A stretch of 64,000 nucleotides of DNA from Candidatus Eiseniibacteriota bacterium (GTDB taxonomy: Bacteria > Eisenbacteria > RBG-16-71-46), in NCBI GenBank assembly GCA_044223005.1, contig JBGAML010000021.1:1-64000 (forward strand), written 5' to 3'. The translations under genes were made by a program, and so were the position numbers. Under the pieces are notes generated by a model, which saw only the letters and a list, made by a program, of their open reading frames with translations, ran no database searches and was not told where the DNA came from. Below are positions 12,077-21,669 of this stretch, in pieces. How positions within the stretch are numbered: position 1 is the first letter of the stretch; each line of letters starts with the position of its first letter.

Positions 12077-12174
12077 GGGAACGAATGGGATCTGGTGGTC
12101 CCCGGGGACTTCAAATCCTGCGGTCGGGCGCTTCGCGCGTCCGAGGTGGGTTCGATTCCCACGCGTTCCCGCCA
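12077..12174 (+). tRNA. selC: tRNA-Sec(TCA)
   Basis: Anticodon loop CTTCAAA, 6-bp D stem with 4-nt loop, 8-bp variable arm, 5-bp T stem, G discriminator + CCA; directly after selD. Confidence 0.92.
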
Positions 12175-12186
12175 CTTCTCGCCGGC

Positions 12187-12746
12187 GTGCTGCTGCTCGC
12201 CACGCTGGCCCTGGCGACCCCGCCAGCGCGTGCCGCGGCGCCGGATTCCGCCACCGCCGACACCACGGGCCAGGCCGCGGCCGCGGCCCGCCGGGCGGCG
12301 AACCGTTTCGGCGACCAGCCCCGCATCGTGATGCTGCGGTCGCTGCTCGTGCCGGGCTGGGGGCAGCTGCACAACCACGCGTGGTTCAAGGCCGCGGCCG
12401 TGGCGGGTGTCGAGGGTGGCATCATCGCCTCGCTGCTCCGCGACCAGCGCGACCTCGACCGGCTGTTGCGCGAGGTGAACGACGCGGCAGACCGCGGCGA
12501 CGTCGCCGCGCACGACGCGGGCGTGATCCGCTACAATGACGTGCTCGACCGTTCGGTGGGGAACCAGTGGCTGCTCGCGGGCGTGCTGACGTACGCGCTC
12601 GTCGACGCCTACGTGGACGCCCACTTCCGCCGGTTCGACCTCGAGTTCAAGACCGACCCGGCGCTGCCCGCCGGCGCGTCACCCGACACTCCGTCGGGCG
12701 GCGGCGGCACGGGCCGTTCCGCACGACTTTCGCTACGGTGGCACTT

Positions 12747-12750
<4 letters not shown>
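12187..12750 (+). CDS. DUF5683-like exported/membrane protein (start may lie upstream at 12058 or 12073, reading through selC)
   Basis: [15 protein letters not shown] and DAYVDAH motifs; signal-peptide-like hydrophobic stretch ending ARA; C-terminal ..LRWHF. Confidence 0.75.
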
Positions 12751-14558
<1,808 letters not shown>

Positions 14559-14568
14559 CGGACGCGAC

Positions 14569-15204
14569 ATGGCGGCGTACCGGCGGCCGAAATCGCAGGT
14601 GCAGGAATACGTCGAGGCGCTCGCGGTCGCGGCGCTACTGACGCTCGTGCTCCGGCAGTTCGTGATCCAGGCGTTCCGGATCCCGTCGGAATCGATGTGC
14701 GACACGCTGCTCGTCGGCGATTTCCTGTTCGTGAACAAGCTCGAGTACGGCCCGTCGGTGCCGTTCACGCACCTGCGGCTGCCGGGGTACCGCCGCCCGC
14801 ACCCGGGCGACGTGATCGTGTTCGACTTCCCGCCGGACCCGAGCAAGCAGTTCATCAAGCGCTGCATCGCGACCGCCGGGCAGACGGTCGTGATCCAGCA
14901 CAAGCAGGTGTGGGTCGACGGCGTGAAGCGTGCGGAGCCCTACGCGAAGCACATTTCGCCGACCGAGGACCCGGAAGGCTATTCGAACCGCGACAACTTC
15001 CGGCCCGCCACGGTCGGCCCCGGCGAGTTGTTCATGATGGGCGACAACCGCGACAACTCGTACGACAGCCGCTTCTGGGGCACCGTGCCCATGGACCTGG
15101 TGAAGGGGCACGCGATGTTCATCTACTTCTCGACCGCCGGTGACCAGTGGTGGAACGGACTCTTCAACATCCGCTTCGACCGCATGTTCCGGCCCATCCG
15201 CTGA
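14569..15204 (+). CDS. lepB: Signal peptidase I, copy 1
   Basis: IPSESM (catalytic Ser), FIKR (catalytic Lys), GDNRDNSYDSRFWG. Confidence 0.95.
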   Translation: MAAYRRPKSQVQEYVEALAVAALLTLVLRQFVIQAFRIPSESMCDTLLVGDFLFVNKLEYGPSVPFTHLRLPGYRRPHPGDVIVFDFPPDPSKQFIKRCIATAGQTVVIQHKQVWVDGVKRAEPYAKHISPTEDPEGYSNRDNFRPATVGPGELFMMGDNRDNSYDSRFWGTVPMDLVKGHAMFIYFSTAGDQWWNGLFNIRFDRMFRPIR

Positions 15205-15232
15205 CCGCCGCCGCCGTATTCCGGAGAACCTC

Positions 15233-15868
15233 ATGGCGAAGTCGAAGCCCGCGAAGTCCGTCGTGCAGGAGTACGCCGAGGCCCTGGTGGGCGCCGCGAT
15301 CCTGACGCTGTTCCTGCAGGCCTTCTTCATCCAGGCCTTCCGGATCCCGTCGGAGTCGATGTGCGACACGCTGCTCGTGGGCGACTTCCTGTTCGTGAAC
15401 AAGCTCGAGTACGGCCCGCGGATCCCGTTCACGCACATCCGCCTGCCCGGCTACCGCAAGCCGCACGCGGGCGACGTGATCGTGTTCGACTGGCCGCCGG
15501 ATCCGAGCAAGCAGTTCATCAAGCGGTGCGTCGCGACCGAGGGCCAGACCGTCGAGATCCGGCACAAGGAGGTCTACGTCGACGGCGTGCACCGCGTGGA
15601 CAAGACCGTGAAGCACATCGATCCGCTCGAGCACCCGGCGGACTACGACCATCGCGACAACTACACCGCGCCGACGCTGCTGCGCGGGCAGATGTTCATG
15701 ATGGGCGACAACCGTGACAACTCGCTCGACAGCCGGTTCTGGGGCCCCGTGGACATGGGACTCGTGCAGGGGCACGCGATGTTCACGTACTTCTCGACGG
15801 CGGGCGACCAGTGGTGGAACGGCATCTTCAAGATCCGCTTCGACCGGATGTTCCGGCCGATCCACTGA
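15233..15868 (+). CDS. lepB: Signal peptidase I, copy 2 (tandem paralogue)
   Basis: Same motifs as copy 1; GGAG SD. Confidence 0.95.
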   Translation: MAKSKPAKSVVQEYAEALVGAAILTLFLQAFFIQAFRIPSESMCDTLLVGDFLFVNKLEYGPRIPFTHIRLPGYRKPHAGDVIVFDWPPDPSKQFIKRCVATEGQTVEIRHKEVYVDGVHRVDKTVKHIDPLEHPADYDHRDNYTAPTLLRGQMFMMGDNRDNSLDSRFWGPVDMGLVQGHAMFTYFSTAGDQWWNGIFKIRFDRMFRPIH

Positions 15869-17049
15869 CCGCGGACGGACCGTCCGTCGCGGCGCGCGAC
15901 GCCGCGCGCGCGGGCCTGTACGTGCACGTGCCGTTCTGCGCGGTGCGCTGCACGTACTGCCACTTCGCGACGGCCGTGTTCGAGCACGGCCTGCTCGACC
16001 GCTGGCTCGACGCGCTCGAGCGCGAGGCCGCGCTGCGCGCGCCGCTCGCCGCCGGCGTCCCGCTGACCTCGGTGTTCCTCGGCGGCGGGACGCCCTCGGC
16101 ACTCTCGGCGCGCCACTTCGCCCGCGCGTGGAAGGCGATCCGCGCGAACTTCACGCTCGCGCCCGCGGCCGAGATCACGCTCGAGGCGAACCCCGAATCG
16201 GTGCGGCCCGCGCTGCTCGATGCGTGGGCGGCGGCCGGCGTGAACCGGCTCTCGTTCGGCGCGCAGACGTTCGAGCCCGAGGGCCTGCGCGTGCTGGGGC
16301 GCGTGCACGGGCCGGAGAAGCCCGAGGACGCGGTGCGGCTCGCGTGGGCGCACGGCTTCCCGCGGTTGTCGCTCGACCTCATGTACGGCTGGCCCGGCCA
16401 CACGCTCGCGATGTTCGAGCGCAGCCTCGAGCGCGCGTTCGCGCTCCCGATCGAGCACCTGTCGGCGTACGCGTTCATTCCCGATCGCGGCAATCCGCTC
16501 GGGGATGCGGTGCTCGACGGCCGGCTCGCGGTCGCCGACGACGACACCCAGGCGCGCATGTACGACACCTTCGTCGCGCGCGCCGCGGCCGCCGGGATGC
16601 GCCTCTACGAGACCTCGAACGTGGCGCGGCCCGGTGCCGAGGCGCGCCACAACGTGGCGTACTGGCTGCGGCGCGACGTGCTCGCGCTCGGGCCTTCGGC
16701 GCACGCGCTCTGGCGCGGCGAGCGCTGGGCGAACGTCCGCGACACGCGGGCGTGGGCGGACGCGCTCGTCTCCGGCCGCACGGCGGAGGAGGAGCGCGAG
16801 CCGGAGACGCCGCAGCGGGTGGCCGAGGAGGTCGTCATGCTCGCGCTGCGGCTCGGCTCGGGGCTGCGGCGCGCCGACTACCCCGAGCGGATTTGGCAAA
16901 TCGTGAACGAGCGCTACGGCGACGCGCTCGCGGCCGCGGTGACGCAGGGCCGGCTGCGGAACACCGCGGAAGGATGGCGGATCGCCCCCGAGCACCGCTT
17001 CGTCGCCGACGACGTGATCGCCTGGGTGGCGGCCCGCGCCCGGGATTGA
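15865..17049 (+). CDS. hemW: Radical SAM heme chaperone HemW (HemN-like); start probably CTG 15865
   Basis: LYVHVPFC, CxxxCxxC (CAVRCTYC), GGGTPS, EITLEANP, YETSN, HNxxYW; precedes hrcA. Confidence 0.88.
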   Translation: MTADGPSVAARDAARAGLYVHVPFCAVRCTYCHFATAVFEHGLLDRWLDALEREAALRAPLAAGVPLTSVFLGGGTPSALSARHFARAWKAIRANFTLAPAAEITLEANPESVRPALLDAWAAAGVNRLSFGAQTFEPEGLRVLGRVHGPEKPEDAVRLAWAHGFPRLSLDLMYGWPGHTLAMFERSLERAFALPIEHLSAYAFIPDRGNPLGDAVLDGRLAVADDDTQARMYDTFVARAAAAGMRLYETSNVARPGAEARHNVAYWLRRDVLALGPSAHALWRGERWANVRDTRAWADALVSGRTAEEEREPETPQRVAEEVVMLALRLGSGLRRADYPERIWQIVNERYGDALAAAVTQGRLRNTAEGWRIAPEHRFVADDVIAWVAARARD

Positions 17050-17074
17050 CGCGGGTGCGGCCGCTCCCTAAATT
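17046..17074 (+). promoter_or_regulatory. sigma70-type promoter for hrcA (probably leaderless mRNA)
   Basis: TTGACG-N17-TAAATT; hrcA ATG begins 8 nt after the -10 box, no SD. Confidence 0.65.
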
Positions 17075-17081
17075 CCGTGCC

Positions 17082-18128
17082 ATGAGCGCCCCGACCCTGC
17101 CGGGAGGCAGCCTTCCCGGCGATCCGCAGCTGACCGAACGCCAGCGCGCGATCTTCCGCACCCTCGTCCAGCTCCACGGCCGCGACGCCCGCCCCGTGGG
17201 TTCGGACCGCATCGCCGCCCAGGGCCCGTTGCGGCTCTCGGGCGCCAGCGTGCGGGCCGTGCTCGCCGAGCTCGAGGACGCCGGCCTGCTCGAGCGCGCG
17301 CGCGGCGGGACCGCCCGGGTGCCGTCCTCGCACGGATTCGCGTACTACGTCCGGACGCTGCTCGAGCCCGCGGTGCTGCCGCGCGAGGTGATCGACGCGA
17401 TCGACCGGCAGTTCGCCTCCTCGACGCACGACGTCGAGCAGCTCCTGCAGGAGGCGTCGCGGCTGCTCGCGACGCTGACGCGGCAGCTGGGCCTGGCGCT
17501 CGCGGCGTCCCTCGACGTCGAGACGCTGACGTCGCTCGACCTCGAACCGCTCGGCGAGCGGCGCGCGCTGCTCGTGCTCGGCCTCGGCGGGCATACCGCC
17601 CGGACGCTGGTGCTCGAACTGGACACGCCGCTCGAACGCTCGGCACTCGAGCCGGTCGAGAGCGTGCTGCGCGAGCGGCTGCTCGGCCGCATGCTGGGCG
17701 AGGTGCGCGGCCGGCTCGCCGCCGACCCCGAGCTCGCGCGCGATTCGGGCGTGCGCATCGTCGTGCGCGCCGCGGCCGCGTCGTGGACGCGGCCCGTCGA
17801 GACGCCGCTGCTCGCGGCGGGCGCGATGCACATCGCGCGGCAGCCGGAGTTCGCCAGCCCCGCGCACCTCAGCTCGGTGCTCGAGGCGGTCGAGAGCGGC
17901 GAGCCGCTGAATCGCCTGCTCGTTTCCGGCATCCAGGGCCAGGTCGGCGTGCGCGTGGGCATCGAAGGCGACGCGGTGCTGGCGGCCTGCAGCCTGGTGA
18001 GCTTCCCGCTCCCGGGCGTCATTCCCGGCGCCGTCGGCGTGCTGGGACCGCTGCGCATGGACTACGCCTTCACGCTCGCCGTGGTCGACACGGTGGGCTC
18101 GCGCGTCGCCGACCAGCTGTCGGCCTGA
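17082..18128 (+). CDS. hrcA: Heat-inducible transcription repressor HrcA (divergent)
   Basis: LTERQRAI..PVGS, RVP..G..YYV, C-terminal GVLGPLRMDY; position before grpE. Confidence 0.88.
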   Translation: MSAPTLPGGSLPGDPQLTERQRAIFRTLVQLHGRDARPVGSDRIAAQGPLRLSGASVRAVLAELEDAGLLERARGGTARVPSSHGFAYYVRTLLEPAVLPREVIDAIDRQFASSTHDVEQLLQEASRLLATLTRQLGLALAASLDVETLTSLDLEPLGERRALLVLGLGGHTARTLVLELDTPLERSALEPVESVLRERLLGRMLGEVRGRLAADPELARDSGVRIVVRAAAASWTRPVETPLLAAGAMHIARQPEFASPAHLSSVLEAVESGEPLNRLLVSGIQGQVGVRVGIEGDAVLAACSLVSFPLPGVIPGAVGVLGPLRMDYAFTLAVVDTVGSRVADQLSA

Positions 18129-18162
18129 TTCGCGCCACGGACTCGAAAGGACACCGTTTCCC

Positions 18163-18756
18163 ATGACCGAAGACGTTCGCGACACCGTGCCCGGCGGCGA
18201 CGCCGGCGCCGCACCCGGCGCGCCCGAGGGCGTGACGCCGGTGGAGGAGCCCGCCGCCTCGCCCGAGGTGGAGGCCTTCGCCGCGGGGACGGCGGCCGGC
18301 GAGGCGCTGCCCGCGGCGGACGCGGTGGACTACAAGGATCGCTGGCTGCGCAGCGAGGCGGAGATGCAGAACGTCCGCCGCCGCGCCGCGCGCGATCGCG
18401 ACGAGGCCGTCGGCCGCGCGCAGGAGAATGTGCTGCTCGACGTGATCGGCGTGCTCGACGACCTGGAGCGCGCGCTCGCCGCGGTGACGCCCGAGCAGGC
18501 GACGGAATCGTGGGTGCAGGGCGTGGCCCTGGTGGCGCAGCGCATGCGCGACACGCTGGCGCGCTGGGACGTGCGCGAGATCCCGGCGGTGGGCCAGCCG
18601 TTCGATCCCAACCTGCACGAGGCGCTGCTCGAGGTGCCGGCGCCCGAAGGTGTCGCCCCCGGCGCGGTCGCGCAGGTGGTGCTGAAGGGCTACCAGCGCG
18701 GCGAGCGCGCCCTGCGCGCGGCGCGCGTCGTGGTCGCGCGCGCGGCCGGGGAGTGA
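18163..18756 (+). CDS. grpE: Nucleotide exchange factor GrpE
   Basis: [37 protein letters not shown]. Confidence 0.93.
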   Translation: MTEDVRDTVPGGDAGAAPGAPEGVTPVEEPAASPEVEAFAAGTAAGEALPAADAVDYKDRWLRSEAEMQNVRRRAARDRDEAVGRAQENVLLDVIGVLDDLERALAAVTPEQATESWVQGVALVAQRMRDTLARWDVREIPAVGQPFDPNLHEALLEVPAPEGVAPGAVAQVVLKGYQRGERALRAARVVVARAAGE

Positions 18757-18758
18757 CG

Positions 18759-19913
18759 ATGGCCAAGCGCGACTACTACGAGGTCCTCGGCGTCGCGCGC
18801 GGCGCGACCGAGGAGGAGATCAAGAAGGCGTATCGCAAGGTCGCGATGCAGTTCCATCCCGACCGCAATCCCGGCGACAAGGACGCGGAGGCCAAGTTCA
18901 AGGAGGCCACCGAGGCCTACGAAGTCCTGCGCGACGCCAACCAGCGCGCGCGCTACGACCAGTTCGGCCACGCCGCGGTCGGCGGTGGCGCCGGCGGTGG
19001 TGCGGGCGCGCCCGACTTCAGCGGCTTCGACCTGGCCGACGCCCTGCGCGCATTCATGCGCGACTTCGGCGGCGGCTCGGGCGGCTTCGAGGACCTCTTC
19101 GGCGGCGCCGCCGGTGGCGGTGCGCGCGGCCCCGGCCGCGGCGACGACCTGCAGGTCCGCCTGCCGCTGACCCTCGAGGAGATCGCCGCCGGCGTCGAGA
19201 AGAAGATCCGCGTCAAGCACCTCAAGCGCTGCGAGACCTGTGCGGGCAAGGGCGGCCGCGGCGAACGCACGTGCTCGCAGTGCAACGGTCGCGGCCAGGT
19301 GCGGCGCATCCAGCAGACCATGTTCGGACAGTTCGTCAACGTCTCGACCTGCCCGCGTTGCGAGGGCGAAGGCAGCACCGTGAGCGAGCGCTGCGGCACG
19401 TGCGGCGGCGACGGACGCGTCAGCGAGACCGAGACCGTGGCCGTGAAGGTGCCGCCGGGCGTCGCGAGCGGGAACTACATCCCGCTTCGCGGTCTGGGCG
19501 ACGCCGGCCGCCGCGGTGGCGCCGCGGGCGACCTGATCGTGCTGATCGAGGAGAAGGAACACGAGATCTTCGAGCGTCACGGCGACGACCTCGTGGTCGA
19601 CCTGCCGGTGTCGTTCGTGACGCTCGCGCTGGGCGGCAAGGTCGAGGTGCCGCTGCTGGGCGGTGGCGCGCACACGCTCGACGTGCCGGCCGGCACCGCG
19701 AGCGGGCACGCCTCGCGCCTGCGCGGCAAGGGCCTGCCCGGCCTGCGCGGCGGCCGAGGCGACGTACTGGTGCGGCTGCTCGTCTGGGTGCCGGGCAAGC
19801 TCTCGGGAGCCGACCGCAAGCTGCTCGAAGAGCTGCGCAAGAGCGAAGGCCTCAAGCCGCCCAAGCCGTCGCGTTCGCTGTTCGAGCGCGTGAAGGAAGC
19901 CTTTGGCGGCTGA
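18759..19913 (+). CDS. dnaJ: Chaperone DnaJ
   Basis: [13 protein letters not shown]-rich region, four CxxCxGxG repeats. Confidence 0.97.
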   Translation: MAKRDYYEVLGVARGATEEEIKKAYRKVAMQFHPDRNPGDKDAEAKFKEATEAYEVLRDANQRARYDQFGHAAVGGGAGGGAGAPDFSGFDLADALRAFMRDFGGGSGGFEDLFGGAAGGGARGPGRGDDLQVRLPLTLEEIAAGVEKKIRVKHLKRCETCAGKGGRGERTCSQCNGRGQVRRIQQTMFGQFVNVSTCPRCEGEGSTVSERCGTCGGDGRVSETETVAVKVPPGVASGNYIPLRGLGDAGRRGGAAGDLIVLIEEKEHEIFERHGDDLVVDLPVSFVTLALGGKVEVPLLGGGAHTLDVPAGTASGHASRLRGKGLPGLRGGRGDVLVRLLVWVPGKLSGADRKLLEELRKSEGLKPPKPSRSLFERVKEAFGG

Positions 19914-20655
19914 GGGCGCGCCCTCGTTCGTCTGCCTGCCCGAGCTGGCCTCGGCCGGCGGGCGGCTCGCGATCGGCGGGGAGGAAGCGCGCTACCTGGC
20001 GCGCGTGGTCCGCGTGCGGCCCGGCGAGCGCGTGAGCGCCACCGATGGCCGCGGCGCCGTCGCGACGCTCGAGGTGCTCGCGTGCGGCCCCGAGGTCGAG
20101 ACGCGCGTGCTCGCGCTCGAACATCGCGCGCGCGCCGCCACGCTCGAGTTCTGGTGCGGCGCGCCCGAGGGCGATCGTGCGGACTGGCTGGTCGAAAAGC
20201 TCGGCGAACTCGGCGTCGCGACACTGGTCCCGCTGCAGTGCGCGCGGGGGACGTGGGAGCGGGCGGACGCCAAGCGCGACCGCTGGGAGCGTCTCGCGAC
20301 CGCCGCGCTGCGGCAGTCGCGCTCGCCGTGGCGCATGGCCATCGCCGAGCCGCGACCGCTTTCGCAGGCGCTCGAGGCGTTGGCGCCCGGCGCCGCGGGC
20401 TGGGTCGCGCGCCCGGACGGCGCAACTGCTGCGGGCGTCGTCGGGCCGGTCGCGCGAGCGGTCGCCGTGGTCGGCCCTTCCAGCGGCTTCGAAGCCGAGG
20501 AGCTCAAACGGCTGTCGGAACGCGGGTTCGCCGGCGTCTCGCTGGCCCCGACGCGGCTCCGCACCGAGACCGCGGCGCTGGCCATGGCGGCCCTGTGGGC
20601 GGCGGTGCTTCCCGCCGGGGCGCCCGCGTGGGAGACCGGGCCCGGACGCGCTTGA
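19903..20655 (+). CDS. rsmE: 16S rRNA m3U1498 methyltransferase RsmE (divergent)
   Basis: [12 protein letters not shown], VGPxxGF, LRTETA; follows dnaJ. Confidence 0.82.
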   Translation: MAAEGAPSFVCLPELASAGGRLAIGGEEARYLARVVRVRPGERVSATDGRGAVATLEVLACGPEVETRVLALEHRARAATLEFWCGAPEGDRADWLVEKLGELGVATLVPLQCARGTWERADAKRDRWERLATAALRQSRSPWRMAIAEPRPLSQALEALAPGAAGWVARPDGATAAGVVGPVARAVAVVGPSSGFEAEELKRLSERGFAGVSLAPTRLRTETAALAMAALWAAVLPAGAPAWETGPGRA

Positions 20656-20680
20656 CGCTTGCGGCACTGGGACCTAGACT
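20652..20680 (+). promoter_or_regulatory. sigma70-type promoter for rpsU
   Basis: TTGACG-N17-TAGACT. Confidence 0.65.
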
Positions 20681-20787
20681 GCTCGCCGCGAAAACCGCCT
20701 GCCGTCCCATGCGGGTACGGCCTTCCGCTCAACCCAACGCCTGACTATCTCCTCTGCGGAAGAGATCCGTCGAGAGGGGGGAATTGT

Positions 20788-20982
20788 TTGCCTGGTATCA
20801 GGGTCAAGGAAGGTGAATCCTTCGAGAGTGCCCTGCGTCGTTTCAAGAAGAAGTGTGAGAAGGCCGGAGTCCTTTCGGATCTCCGTCGTCACCAGCACTT
20901 CGAGAAGCCCAGCGAGCGGCGCAAGCGCAAGCTGAACGCCGCAAAGCGCAAGAACATGGCGCGCAGGGCTCAGGAGAACTAG
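20788..20982 (+). CDS. rpsU: 30S ribosomal protein S21
   Basis: [37 protein letters not shown] start with purine-rich SD. Confidence 0.96.
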   Translation: MPGIRVKEGESFESALRRFKKKCEKAGVLSDLRRHQHFEKPSERRKRKLNAAKRKNMARRAQEN

Positions 20983-20987
20983 TTCCA

Positions 20988-21545
20988 CTGTCACTCCTGC
21001 ACGGCGTCACCTGGCTGGACGGCCTCGTGGTCGTCCTCCTGCTCTCTGCAACGATTCGCGGAATCCTGCGCGGCACCGTCGCGCAGGTTTTCGCGTTCTT
21101 TGGGCTGGTCGCCGGCATCTTCACGGCGGCGTGGCTCGCACGCTGGGTCGGTTCGCACTGGCAGCACGCCCGGCCCGCGTTCGTCTTCGGGATCCTGCGC
21201 TGGGTCATCGCGGGTCTGGGTGGCCTGGCTCTCACCACGCTGCTCGCATGGTGGGGTGAACACGTCGGCGAGTCCGTGCGGGAAGGCCCGCTGGGCTGGC
21301 TGGACCGAGTGGTCGGCGGCGGCGTGGGGTTGGTGTTCGGCGCGGCGCTCGCCGCGGTGCTGGTCCTCGTGGCGCTCGAAGCGCCCGGGTTCGGCTTCGC
21401 GCGAAACGCCGCACGGACGGGAAGGACCGCACATCCCCTGGTGCGGATGGGTACGGGCGTGACCGCCTGGCGCGGCATGCCGGTCCCGGGAGCGGGCTGG
21501 TTGCACGGCCGCTTCGTATCAGCAGAACGTCATATGTCTCGTTGA
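20988..21545 (+). CDS. cvpA: CvpA (colicin V production) family membrane protein; start CTG 20988 or GTG 21027
   Basis: TWLD...IRGILRG, LGWLDRVVGG..G; several TM helices; upstream of mutS2. Confidence 0.8.
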   Translation: MSLLHGVTWLDGLVVVLLLSATIRGILRGTVAQVFAFFGLVAGIFTAAWLARWVGSHWQHARPAFVFGILRWVIAGLGGLALTTLLAWWGEHVGESVREGPLGWLDRVVGGGVGLVFGAALAAVLVLVALEAPGFGFARNAARTGRTAHPLVRMGTGVTAWRGMPVPGAGWLHGRFVSAERHMSR

Positions 21546-21669
21546 TCGCGGTCCCTTCGGGGCACTGCGGCATCCGAGGCGGAAGGGAGGGCCCTCGTGC
21601 GCGAGGGTCCGTGAGGTCGTCGGCGTCGCGGTGCTCACTGCGGCGTGCGCGATCGTGAAAGTGGGCAGC

